Below, piece after piece: positions 50,440 through 62,371 of a stretch of 64,000 nt of DNA. The stretch comes from Tubulanus polymorphus (taxonomy: Eukaryota; Animalia; Nemertea): NCBI RefSeq assembly GCF_964204645.1, contig NC_134032.1, positions 4,302,175 through 4,366,174 on the forward strand. The letters are read 5' to 3'. The notes below the pieces were generated by a model. That model was given only the letters and a program-made list of their open reading frames with translations, did no database searches and was not told the origin of the DNA. The number at the start of each line of letters is the position of its first letter. Position 1 is the first letter of the stretch. The translations under genes and the position numbers were made by a program.

Positions 50440-52830
50440 GATCGAATTTACTGCAACTTTCCCGTTTGAGCTGATTGGCAAGAAAAACTCCGAAGGTGTT
50501 GAGAATTGAATATAAGTGTCGCTCGCTTTGTTGTGTTTCAAAATCTGCAGTAGGAAATCACATCTGCATTTACGGAATTATGCTTGCCTTCGAGACCCTG
50601 CTCAGAAAAGATACCAATGGATTTCCACCTTTGGAGGAATCAATGAACCTCGAAGACAAGCACGTGGATTTTTAGTGTGATGGTTTGATTGGGAAAGTGT
50701 GCGGGAAACTTTTCACCGAATTCATGACACAACTTGCACATGTGTTCTATTTTGAGAGGTGACAAAAATCTTGCTGCATTTAAAAAGTAATGGATCTTGC
50801 TGAATGTGGCATTAAGATCATACAAATGATTGTAATCATTTGTTTGATCTTTAACCACAGACAGCAGCTTTGCAGGGGCGTCCACTTTGTCATTGATGAG
50901 GAACATCCGTCGAATATGATTCCCAACAAAACACAAAGAATGGTATGCCTGTCTCTGAACATGGAGATTATCTTCAAGCACTCGGTTAAGTGCCGTCTCG
51001 CAGGGGCCCATCAGTGATTTCACTTGTGTGAAAACACTGGTGAGTTCCTGTCGCGAGGAAGAAAGACGGGCTTGAAGTGATCTCACACGCTCAGATTGCA
51101 TCGCCACCTTTGTTGAATTGCTGGAAATCATCTTCTCCGGCGATAGTCCCTCATCAATGCATTGCGGACAGATGTAGACGACTGTCACATCCGGTACATT
51201 CTCAATGTAACCAGCACATTGATAATGTAGCCATTTGTGACAACGGTCGCATTCGATCCGATCAATCACCCTTGTATGGTTATCTGCGTTTGGAACGCAG
51301 ATCACTGCATCGCAAGGGTCATTGATGGGTTTATGGTGTCTCGTTTCGCAAATTTTCAGGTGTTTTCTAAGTGATACTAATTGAAACATTTCGCTTTTCA
51401 CCACATCATCTAAAGAAGCTACTTGTGCACTGAGCGTCTGCCACTTAGCGAACAGCTCGGGATCTCTAGAAAGATAATGAATTTCGATCGAGCTCAGCAC
51501 ATAAATTTTTAAGTAGCTGGAATAATGTTAATCCAATGCCTAAAGATAAATGAAGGGGGGGGCGGTACTAATTGGTTGAGATTGTCGATGGGGAAGAGCA
51601 TTGAATTGGATATACTGTTTTTTTCCTTTGTTGGAGGAGGTGTCAGTTCCGGAAATTTGGCTGTCAAAGTCTGCCAGAGGTCGAAACGGTTCTTTGCTAG
51701 AACTGACATTCAGGGTTTTCCTAAGTACCTCCAACAAGCATTGGTGTACGATCCATCCCTTCGCCTGAGATTTGCGAGTTTAACGAGACACCACAAACGA
51801 GAGAATGCGCCTGATGCTCCAATACGGCCCATAGCATTGCATAACCAGCAGTAATCCCCGATAATGAACTTACTTATGTCGAAAATATGCTGCTTGCCCT
51901 CTTTGTCCTGACTTCGAATTGAATTTAGTTCGAAAAATTGCTCAGAATATTGGCTGAAAATGGTCCGAATGTTTACCGAGGAGTTGTAGGCTTCAAAGAA
52001 GGCGAGCAGTACCGTTTGGTCAATGCTATTGGGTGTACTAGAGTTGACGACCGAAAACGCCAGTTAAGTACCCGTACCCCCCTTGTCTGCACCAAACTTT
52101 ATCCAGATCGAATCATTGTGTTCTGGATGAAATTTCAGCTGGTCGGTCTGATAAAGTCTGGTACAGACGGCTTCGATTATAGATCGTAAGCAGGGAACAC
52201 GAGCATAAACTACCCCTGTCTTCTTCTTCGATTTCGCTGAAACCAGCATTCGTATAATACCAACCTCTAGATTTAGGCTGCTCAATACGGCAGATTTATA
52301 TTTTCGCATCGAGATCTGGCTAGGTGTTTGTATCTAAGCCATGCGATATCAAAAAACTTTTCATTTTGTAAATTCTGGTTTCAGGAATTCGAAGAAGATG
52401 CATCTGCAAGGCGTCTGATGGAGAGAGCTTGCTCATTGGGCCAATTTGGCCGAATCGAGGGCCTTTCTGGTTAGGTCTGGATTCTGCTTGACGAAAGTCG
52501 CAAGAGTTGCAACACAATCGTCAGAGCAGAATCCAGTGTCCACACGTGAGGATGTACTAACCAGAAAGGTCCTCAATCGATTAGCTCTCTCGACCAGAGA
52601 CCTTCTAGATGCATGCATGGATGGCTTGCTTGGAACCGATACCTGAAAATAACACAATGATTTTGTTGAATTTAGTTTTCTTGCATAGATACATGTTTCA
52701 TCCCTGCAAGTCACTTCCAGCAGGTCTTTTCGCAATTGGTTTTCTAAAGTTTGTTTTTCTTGAATTAGGGCCTTGATTTTTGCCTGCTGGCCTTGAATTT
52801 GGATGGATTGATAATGTATAATAATTTGGT
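50440..52830 (-). pseudogene. RAG1/Transib/Chapaev-related DDE transposase with an internal PHD finger
   Basis: IWIKFGADKGG; FIIGDYCWLCNAMGRIGASGAFSRLWC; PPPLHLSLG; PHD CDAVIC...ECDRCHKWLHYQC...CPQC; RQAYHS..FVGN; ITLKIHVL; IGIFSEQGLEGKHN. Multiple stops and frameshifts. Confidence 0.75.
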
Positions 52831-53180
52831 GATCAATTAACTGGACTTGCAGGGATGAAACATGGGATAATGGATTATAATACTCAGATTCAATGAAATT
52901 TGCTGATTGGTGACTCGTTGATCCGATGAAATTTGCCGATTGGTGATTTGTTGATCCGATGAAATTATAATTTGCTGATTGGGGATTCGTTGATCTGATG
53001 AAATTGAAATTTGCTGATTGAATGATTTATCGTAATTAACTGATTGGTGATTGGATGATTCGTTGTTATTAGCGGATAAATCTGAAATAAGAAAAGAAAA
53101 ATTTAGCAAGATCTAAGTGAGTGATTAAATTAGTCCAGATTTAAGCCCTACAGATAAGAACGGATCAGTTAGGGTGGGCC

Positions 53181-53507
53181 CATCTTCACCCGTCAAGGGA
53201 TTCGAACCCACTACGCTAAAGCTGTTCGCCGAACCCCTTGACCTCACGAGTCGTTGGAGTCGTTACTAGCCGACCACAATCCGGTCGTACCAATCACAGC
53301 GCTTGTAACAAACGACATTGGGCTTCTGTTGGTTTTTCCCGTTAAATGGACCAATCAGCGAACGTTTTACCGAACAAGGAAGTATTTCGCAAATCGATAT
53401 ATGACGTCATGAGCAACAGCGCCAGTAATGAAATCACGCTTCGTGAGGCCAGGGGGCTGGTGGAAGCGAGTTTGGGAGTGATACCGGACCTCTGGCAAGC
53501 GAGGATG
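53181..53507. mobile_element. 327-bp CATC...GATG MITE, copy 2
   Basis: 9-bp TSD GGGTGGGCC (53172-53180, 53508-53516); homologous to 47686-48000. Confidence 0.92.
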
Positions 53508-56135
53508 GGGTGGGCCTAAATAATATTATTAAGAATATGTCACCAAGCGCAAGGTGCAAGGCGATTTTCCAGCGCCTGGTACTGGCGGGGTCTGGGTTCT
53601 TATTAGGGGTGATTTCCTGCATTTCAGTAAAGCAAAGAATTCATGTGAAATTCCCTTTCCCTGCTTCTTATACAGTTAAACAAAGATGTAATATTTCATT
53701 TTAAACGAAAGTATGTATTATGTAAAATTATGATGTAGGAGGGAGGGCCAGGCTTATTGGCCCCCCTTCCTAGATTCTTTCCTTTTCCTGGAAACTCTAA
53801 TCACATCATTTATTTGACTTCTGGAAAAAAAACATGAAAACATTCTAAGATCGAGCTGAGGAAGATCGGAAAAAAGGCGTCGTTTCGTTAGATTTCCTAT
53901 ACAGAAGAATAACTGTGGAGTTTCAGGTGTTCCGTGACAATTCATAGGTCACGATACTCTTAAATCCTAATGGAAAACGTTCAGAATGAAAGCCAATGTT
54001 GTGCCCTAGAAAAAACAGCTGTTTTACGTTGTTATTTCACCATTTCGTTTCGAGGGGTGGAAGGTTGGTTTGCGGAAATCAAATGAAATTTTCTCGCCAC
54101 GGTTTTCACGGAAAAAGCTTCTTAAATTCACATTTTCCAGCTATTACGATATAAATGTCATATAATTGGAAGTTGATTTAAATAATTAGTTAATTAACAG
54201 TAAATTCCGCTACTCTTTACACCCCCTGCATAAATTAAAGAATAGACTCGTCCAGCTACGCATGGCCTCGGTGCGCGGCCCGCACTTGAACCGGCAAATT
54301 TCACGCATTCAAACAACTAGATCTCGGTCAATTCTCAATCAATTTTAATAAATGAACTTTTTATATAGGCCTACTCCTTATAAGTAGTTTTAAAAAGTTA
54401 CGTTGTGTAATAAAAAGAGCTTTCTTACTTTCCAAAATACGGTGGAGAAACCACCCCTGAATCGATGGCCGAATTCGCGTTATAGCGTCTGCTGCCGATC
54501 TGACAGCTACGTCATCAAAATATCGCGTCATCAAAACGTAACTTTGTAGGCGGGGTTTAACTCTTAACTAACAACCAATCATTGAACGCCGTAGATTAAA
54601 TAGAATTTGAATGACAGTTCTTGGCGTTTGACCTTTTTTAATAGGAAAATGCGAAGGGGAGACATTTTGACCGTTATACACCAAGGTAACTAGGGACAAA
54701 GCATTTCCACGTATTTTTGTATTCTTTCCAGCGAAATCGTTGCATTAACGAGACGTGGTAGATATAACTAGTGTAGTGCAGACTCCCGTAAACGTAGACA
54801 GTTTGTATATTGTTTCCTTTTTACATGCGAAGTCGACTCTGGAACGTGAGGTCAGTCGCCACCACACGATGGCGCTAAAGTCTATTTATTTTTGTTTGTC
54901 CACGATCTTTTTGGGATATTTCGCTTAATTTTCGACGTACATACCTCAAATAGGTCTTAATCGAATCAGTAGAGTTGTGCAGTACAGATAAATCACCGGT
55001 TTTATATCCATTTTTTACCGAGTTGAAGGATTGGTGAATATTCTCGAAAATTGAGCTTGAAATCGGCGAAAAACAACTGCCATTTTGTTCGTGTTCGTTT
55101 ATTTCTTTATGCAAATGAGCAGTGTGTACCATGTGATCTAGGTAAGTTCATTTTTTATGGGGAGAGTACATAACCCGCACGTGTTTCACTACGCGGGCCC
55201 GGCCGCAATCAGTGCTATCATAGGCCTTATTTTATTTCTAAACCGGCCGCATTCACTGATGCGTGTGCGTGTGGCACTATTAAGGAAAAATTTATTTTTT
55301 TATATAAAGCCAAGTAAACAAGTAATTTAAATTATTATTTTTAGAAGAAGTTAGTAACCCGTTTGCTACACATAGGCCTATAAGTAGGGTAACTCACTGT
55401 AATTTCGGAAGACCACATAAGTTCGGAAGTTTTCTTCTACGGCCTCTCCGTGGTCGCGGAGGGAATACCTATTTGGACTAGCTTAAATTTGAAAAAGGGG
55501 GAGTAGGTTGGTATTTCCTGGGAATTCCACGGGAATCCGCGCCATTTTGATGACGTAGTACGCATTTCTTTCTGGCACACGAAATCAGCGCGGCAAATCG
55601 CTAAAGTCGGTCACGTAAGTACACTATTGATTCGCCCCGCTTTTACGGCATTTTGTGGCAGCCGATACGTAAACACTGCCGCGAAGTTCTAGGAAGCCGA
55701 TAGTTTGTTTATAAACATTCATTTACAATCGGAATACGCTCATTGTTACATAAACGGCGATTTTCAAAAACTCAAACGCCTACACATAATTTCGGAAATC
55801 CCATACCCAGCTTTCACGGCTCCTCCACGTAATTTCGGAAGTTCCGAAATAATGTATAATTGTTATTGCGTATGTTTACACAGCTGTTTTTCCTAGAAAT
55901 GAACGATTCTATTTCTAATTCAAAACAACAAACAACTTTTTTACATTAAAATTGAATTTATTTAAGCTTAGGCCTATAATTAGTTGGACCTTGTGGCTAA
56001 TGACTGTAGCAGCCTAATAAAATTAAAACAAATTGAAAAACTAACACAAATTGAAGGTCTTAGACCCTAAGCTGTTTTATCGGCCCGAGGACTTTCTCTG
56101 TAAGCATTAATTTAAAATTTGGTTTTATTTCCAGG

Positions 56136-59100
56136 ATGCCAAAGGTTTATTGCAAATGGTCAGAAGACCAAATGACCAACGCGATTGAATCAGTGAAATC
56201 TGGCTCTTCGATATTGAGAACAGCCAGTGAGTTTTCTGTACCAAAATCAACTCTGCATGATAGAGTTAGTGGAAAAATCTGTCATGCAACAGCAAAATTA
56301 GGCAGGCCGACCCATCTCAGCATGGTGGATGAGACAAAACTTGCAGACTTTGCAAAGAACCGAGCTGATTTGGGGTATGGGTTTTCGAAAAGTAATTTTA
56401 TGAGGTATGCTGGTGATTTGGCACTCAAACGCGGCAAACCATTCCAGGAGGTATGTCTATTGACTTGTGATCTGTTAATTCTCAGCTTGGTACGTAGGCC
56501 TATAAGTTAAAAATCTATATAACGTGAAAAAAGTAGGCAGCTATTTCAAGGCCATCCAGAGTGCATTGGCTGGTATTCAGCCAATGTACATCTGGAACCT
56601 TGACGAAACCGGGGTTCAGTTGACCCACGTACCAGGGAAAATCGTAGCAAGGTAGGGCAAATTGATGATTTTTGATGTAACGAACTGGCCAATTACACTG
56701 ATCTTATTACAACTATATTCTTATTGTTAATATATCATCTAGAAACAGAGTCAAATTTTACAATTCTCTGCTGATACCTTAATGAATAGGCCTACTTGGT
56801 TTTTTCAGGAAAGGAAGCAAGTACGTTCAGTCACGGATAAGCGGAAACCGGGAGACGATTACGGTCATGGCGTGTGGTAATGCCTCAGGGCAAATGCTGG
56901 CACCACACGTCATATTCAAAGGAAAAACTGTCGCTTCGCTGCAATCGGTGGATTCGATAAATGCTCCGGCTGGAACAACTGTGTCAGTTTCAGAAACAGG
57001 GTGAACTAAACAGGTATTTATTAAAACAACAAAAATATTAAACAATTATTTGAAATCCACCATATTCTAACCATTAAATGTATTTTATCTTTGAATTTTA
57101 TAGGGTATTGCCACACTTTGGTTTCGAGAAAGCTTCCTTCCGGCAATCGGACAAACATGTCCACAAATATTAATTTCAGATGGCCATAATAGTCACAACT
57201 TCCTAGAACTCATCGAATTAGCCAGACAGAACGAAATCACTCTAGTTGAGTTGCCAGAGCATACATCACACTGGCTGCAACCCCTAGATAGGCGGTTCCT
57301 GAACTTCGCTGAAAAAGCTGAATCACTGAAACGCTGAAATAAAAACGCTGAAATTTCAGGGAATTTCCGAAAAACGCCGAAATTTCAGGGAATTCCCGAA
57401 AAAAGCTGAAATCGTGCTAGGTACCAACAATACACGTTTTGAAATATTTTCCGGGCCGGTGTCCGCTGCCGAGTCCTGAACCGTGTTTTAGTCTCTACCT
57501 TCGGTTACAGAGACACGCATGGACAGTATGTGTGGAGTATACTTTTAGAGGGCCACTTGTTGGACAAATTAATTCGCTTGAAATCCGGATTTTTAATGCA
57601 TACAGGCAGCATAATGAGGAAAACCCATTCACAATCCGTGCAAGCCAACTTAAACACTATGCTCAATATTCCCTGCAAGACGCAAAATATCTTATTTGAA
57701 CGTTCATGTATAAAACATGGAGCAACTTTTCTTTTGTCAACACGTTGATGGGCGACGGACTATGTCACTATGGTATTCTCTGAAGGAGGTAAATTAAATT
57801 TGACAGCTAGTTATATAAATGATGCAGCTTTTGGACAAAAGGGATCTAACTAAATTTCTTTTTAATTCACTGTGGAATGGAATGGAATGGATTGACGCCA
57901 ATGGCATGCAGTAGGCCCCTACGTATGGGTCATACTGATTAGCGTCAACCAATTAATCTAAATCGGGCTAACCATTCAACAACTGTGAATAATTTATTTG
58001 CTGTGGCGTGATAATAATTAGTTTTTTTGAAGAAATGACATACCAACTGTTAGAAAAATGTACCGATTCTTATTTTTAGACTACTACTGAATCTATAAAA
58101 GGAGGAGTCATAGACAAAGTTGATTTGCTTAGCTGGTGACACTTCTTGTCAAGTACATCATCTCAAGTACTGGGTGTTTTGTAAGTTTAATTTCAGTATT
58201 TATTTACTAAGTGCTGTTCTCTCGGACCTCAGTGCTTTCAAACTAGGCCCACCCCATAGGCTATATAGTCCAGGGTGTATTAGCCACTATTCTTTTATAT
58301 CCGACTAAAATGCACCTTTTTCTATTTTTAGATTCAGGCTTAGAATGTGCAAATTTTTTGAGATACTGAGAAATCAGATGGCACCAGTAAACTTCAACTG
58401 CGAAATTTGCAGCAGGATAGCTGAATGACACAATTTTTAAAAATAAAATGGCTATTCGAATGCTATTTCAATTATAACTTGATTCAACCAGAGAGAAATA
58501 AGTCAATTGCGGATGTACAGTACACCCACTTTTCTTCCCTGTTTCCTGGTACCAAATTTTTAGTCTTAAGCTAAGCGATATTCTAAGGTATACTAGAATT
58601 CTAGTTAAGCGAACTATTGATTCTGATATAATGTAAGAACTGATTTCCTTTGTATACTCTTGCAGAATGTGTTATGTATTATTTCAAGCTGTTAAATAAT
58701 ATAGTTAGACAAATGTCCAATTATTGGATCTTTCTTGTTGACTCGTTTAATTTTGTGAGTTAAGAGTTCCAGTCAATCCACAATGTGCAGTGCCTAGCCT
58801 TCATCTACACTAAAGCCATGCCTGTGTATGGGAAAAAAATATCGTTCGACTCCTATAGGCCAGACACATCAAAGCATGCAATACATTGCAGATAGTAGTC
58901 TCCGGCAAGTCGAAAGAGAAAGTAAACCAGGTTTTACCCCGTACCCTACCCGGGAACAAAGACACTTAAAGATTCCTTCCTCCTTGTAGAAATTGTAGAA
59001 ATATGGCACCCAATTGTAGCAATGCTAAGTACAGTATACTATGACGGTTGAACCTTTAACGAATTTCAATGACACCGAAAATAGAATCAAAATAATCATT

Positions 59101-61625
59101 AGTTCCATGCTAGCACTTAATTTGGGTTATCAGGTTCAGCCTGATAACCCAACTGTACTTTCAACTGTACTTTCATTCAGCTACTACTTGTATGAGACTT
59201 GGCAATGATAAGTTGCAAGAAATCACCAAACATAAGAAAAAATATTGTGAATTAATATTACTGTGATTAAGAATTTATTCAAATGAAGTGATAACTTCAT
59301 TGTTAGATCGTACCGGTATATGCACATAAAACTATGGCAAAAAACACATCTAACAATCCACGCAATCCGCAATCGATCAAGTCGATCATGACGACGACCT
59401 TCGGGCATGTCTCTGTAACCGAAGGTAGAGCATAAAACACGGTTCAGGACTCGTCAGCGGACACCGGCCCGGAAAACATTTCAAAACGTGTATTGTCGGT
59501 ACCTAGCACGATTTCAGCGTTTTTCGGGAATTCCCTGAAATTTCGGCGTTTTTCGGAAATTCCCTGAAATTTCAGCGTTTTTATTTCAGCGTTTCAGCTT
59601 TTCAGTGTTTCAGCTTTTTCAGCGAAGTTCAGGAACCGCTAGATAGGTAACAGCTCAATCTTTTTCTTAACTCTTTGTAGTATATTGTAGCAATAATATT
59701 AATGGTTTATTTTTACATAAACAGAACGTGTTTCAAGACTTTAAAATCTAGCTGGAACCGCTTAAGTCAAGAATTCTCCAATGATTACCCGGGGAGAGTG
59801 ATAAAAAAAAGCTGCTTCTTCGAAATATTTCGCAAGGCTTGGCAGAGCATTTCAGCAGATATGCTTATCAATGGTTTCAGGTCTTGCGGAATATTTCCTT
59901 TCATACCATATGCCATACCAAACGAGGCGTACTTACCGTCTACAACAACTGTTCGCGATATAGTGAGTTATACATTCATATATGTATTGTATCGGCTAAA
60001 ATGTCCTCATATATAAGTGACTAGTATTTATTTATATTCAGATATTAGATCCTGCTTCATTATTGCCAATACAATCATTTGAATTGAATCAAAATCCACC
60101 AAGCGAGGTAACATATTACAATTATGCAATTTTGCAATACAATTTGAAAAATTTACGTTTTTCTTGATGAATTTTGTTCCATAGTTACACTAATAACGGT
60201 TGACGATAGCGTTTTGATTGCTTTAACAAACTTTTAGAATTACTTCTGTGTTTCAGCATTTTTCTGTCCTCGGAGAGCTGCTACATGCAAGATATCCTTT
60301 TAAAAACCTGAATAAACCAGAATAAATTTGCAAGAAACTGAAATGAATTCAATTCAAAATATTTTATTTTAACTTATGAAAATTAGTGAAAGATACTTAT
60401 TCTGTTAGATATTATTTTTTTCAGGCTCTACCGGTGAACAATTCTCGGTCTTATAGTACTGCGCTCGGTTATCTCACCTGAAATGAAAATACAATTTGAA
60501 CGTCGATACAATGAGGGATATGATGTCGCGGGAGATTCCCTGTATGAGGCATGGAAATCCCTGAAATCAAACGAAATTAACATTCATTCCAACATTTTCA
60601 ACAATTCATCATCGCCAGGTGAGACTCAAATGAAATGGGTCTGTTTGATTCAACTAATTGTTAGAACGTGAAATTACCTTTCTAATCTCATTTTCAAGCT
60701 GACTCGGACAAGGATGTTTTAAAATATCCGATTGTGGAAAGTCGTCGCTCGAAAAATCGCACAGAAGATTCGAAACGATATTTCATCCTCACAGCAGATG
60801 ATGCCTATGTGCAACAAGTGTGAAATGTGCAACAAGTGTAAGTTTCAGGGACAACCTCCTGTCAAATTGTGAGTTCATTCATTTCCCGGTACATCGTGAT
60901 GATTCTTGACCTGCTAGGTACTTAGTCTATAAATATTTCAGGCGTCCTCAAGACCAGTGGAGTCTCCTGTCGAGGAAAAAAAACGAAAATCGTGTAGTTG
61001 AGGTAGGCCTATGAAAATTAAACATTTAATGAAATAAGGTTTTTTGGAATTTAAAATTGAGAAGGGCTACAATGTGTATCTGAATTTCAGGATCCTTTAG
61101 TGTGCCTGAAACAAGTGGCGTGAACTTGATTCACGAGATCAATATAAGGTAAATTACTACATGCTTAGCTTAAAAACATGTAATAGGCCTACCTGGTTAA
61201 TAGTGATGAATAATCTATCATTACTGGGTTATTATCATTGTAGTGAAGCTTCATATGTAGCCCTATACCAAGAGGGCCAGAAAGGCAGAAAGCACCTTTA
61301 CTTCGGAGTGGTATGTTTCATCGGCTAAATTTTAACTGAAAAAAAGGAGAAATAGAATTCATGTACGGATAGTTATATATTCAACTATTTGCAGATTCTG
61401 GAAATATCGAATGACGGAGAAACAATGTCGGTGCAATTTTTGGAACAATATTGCAATAAAAATCTGTTCGTTTGGCCAGACGTGGAGCTCATAGAAGATC
61501 ATCCGGTTGAAAATATCGTAAACAGCTTGGAACCACCAGAAGTAGTAAACACAAGGATTCAGATGGTTTTCCGGGCTGCCGAATTTGTGAAAAGTTGCGA
61601 TTTATTTGCTTGCAAATGTACATAA
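56136..61625 (+). pseudogene. Multi-exon pogo transposase (HTH_psq, CENP-B-type HTH, DDD domain)
   Basis: WSEDQMTNAI...VPKSTLHDR; WNLDETG; DGHNSH; SHWLQPLD; GFRSCGIFP. Many GT-AG introns; TGA in place of Trp near 57002. Confidence 0.88.
57293..59638. mobile_element. Non-autonomous MULE-like transposon, copy 2
   Basis: Same TIRs and interior as 46042-48661; 9-bp TSD CTAGATAGG (57284-57292, 59639-59647). Confidence 0.93.
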
Positions 61626-61637
61626 ATGTTCTACTGT

Positions 61638-62371
61638 CAGAGATGAGAACGCCGACCTGTAAAATCCGCGGGTTATTTTTCTTGAGTGACATACGCGAAC
61701 CAGCTGACGGCTTAGCCGTCAGCACTAGCGAGCGTCGAAGGCGCGAAGCTATTTCGGGGGGGTTTGGGGGTCCTCCCCCAAGAAAATTTTAGAAATTAAA
61801 TACGTTTTCCGAGCACTTAGAGCGATCTCGAACCCATGAACGACTATTATATTTTGGAAGGTAATGGCTAGTTCCAATGTGGTACATCCTCATTTGATGA
61901 CATTCAGCATCTCATGCATTACGGGTCGAGCCCTGAATTATTGCAGTAAAAATGCGCCGATGAATGCTCACTAAAAATCATCACCAAGTAGTGTATAATA
62001 TCCGAAAGCGTTCGCCACACACACGCAGCAACAGTAAGTAGACCTATATACGTTACTACTGTTGCTGTGCGTGCGTGTCTGCAGCCGATCGATAAAATAC
62101 ATACAAACTCATCGTAGTACAAATGTACATACAAAATCACTGTGTTGCAATGAATATGCATTGAAATGCGATACTTTTACGTGACGATAAGTAAAACAGG
62201 CACTGAACGCTTTTACGGTTCACCTGATTACCGATCGCGCCGGACCAATTGAGTGAGATCATCACCCCCCCCCCATACTTTTACATCATTTTTGGACTAT
62301 TTGGAAAATTGATATTTTTCAATACTGAAATCCGCGGGAAACCGCGGATCCGCGGGGAATTCTCATCTCTG
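61638..62371. mobile_element. hAT-like MITE with a 6-bp TSD
   Basis: Perfect 12-bp TIR CAGAGATGAGAA; TACTGT on both sides; subterminal ATCCGCGG repeats. Confidence 0.8.
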
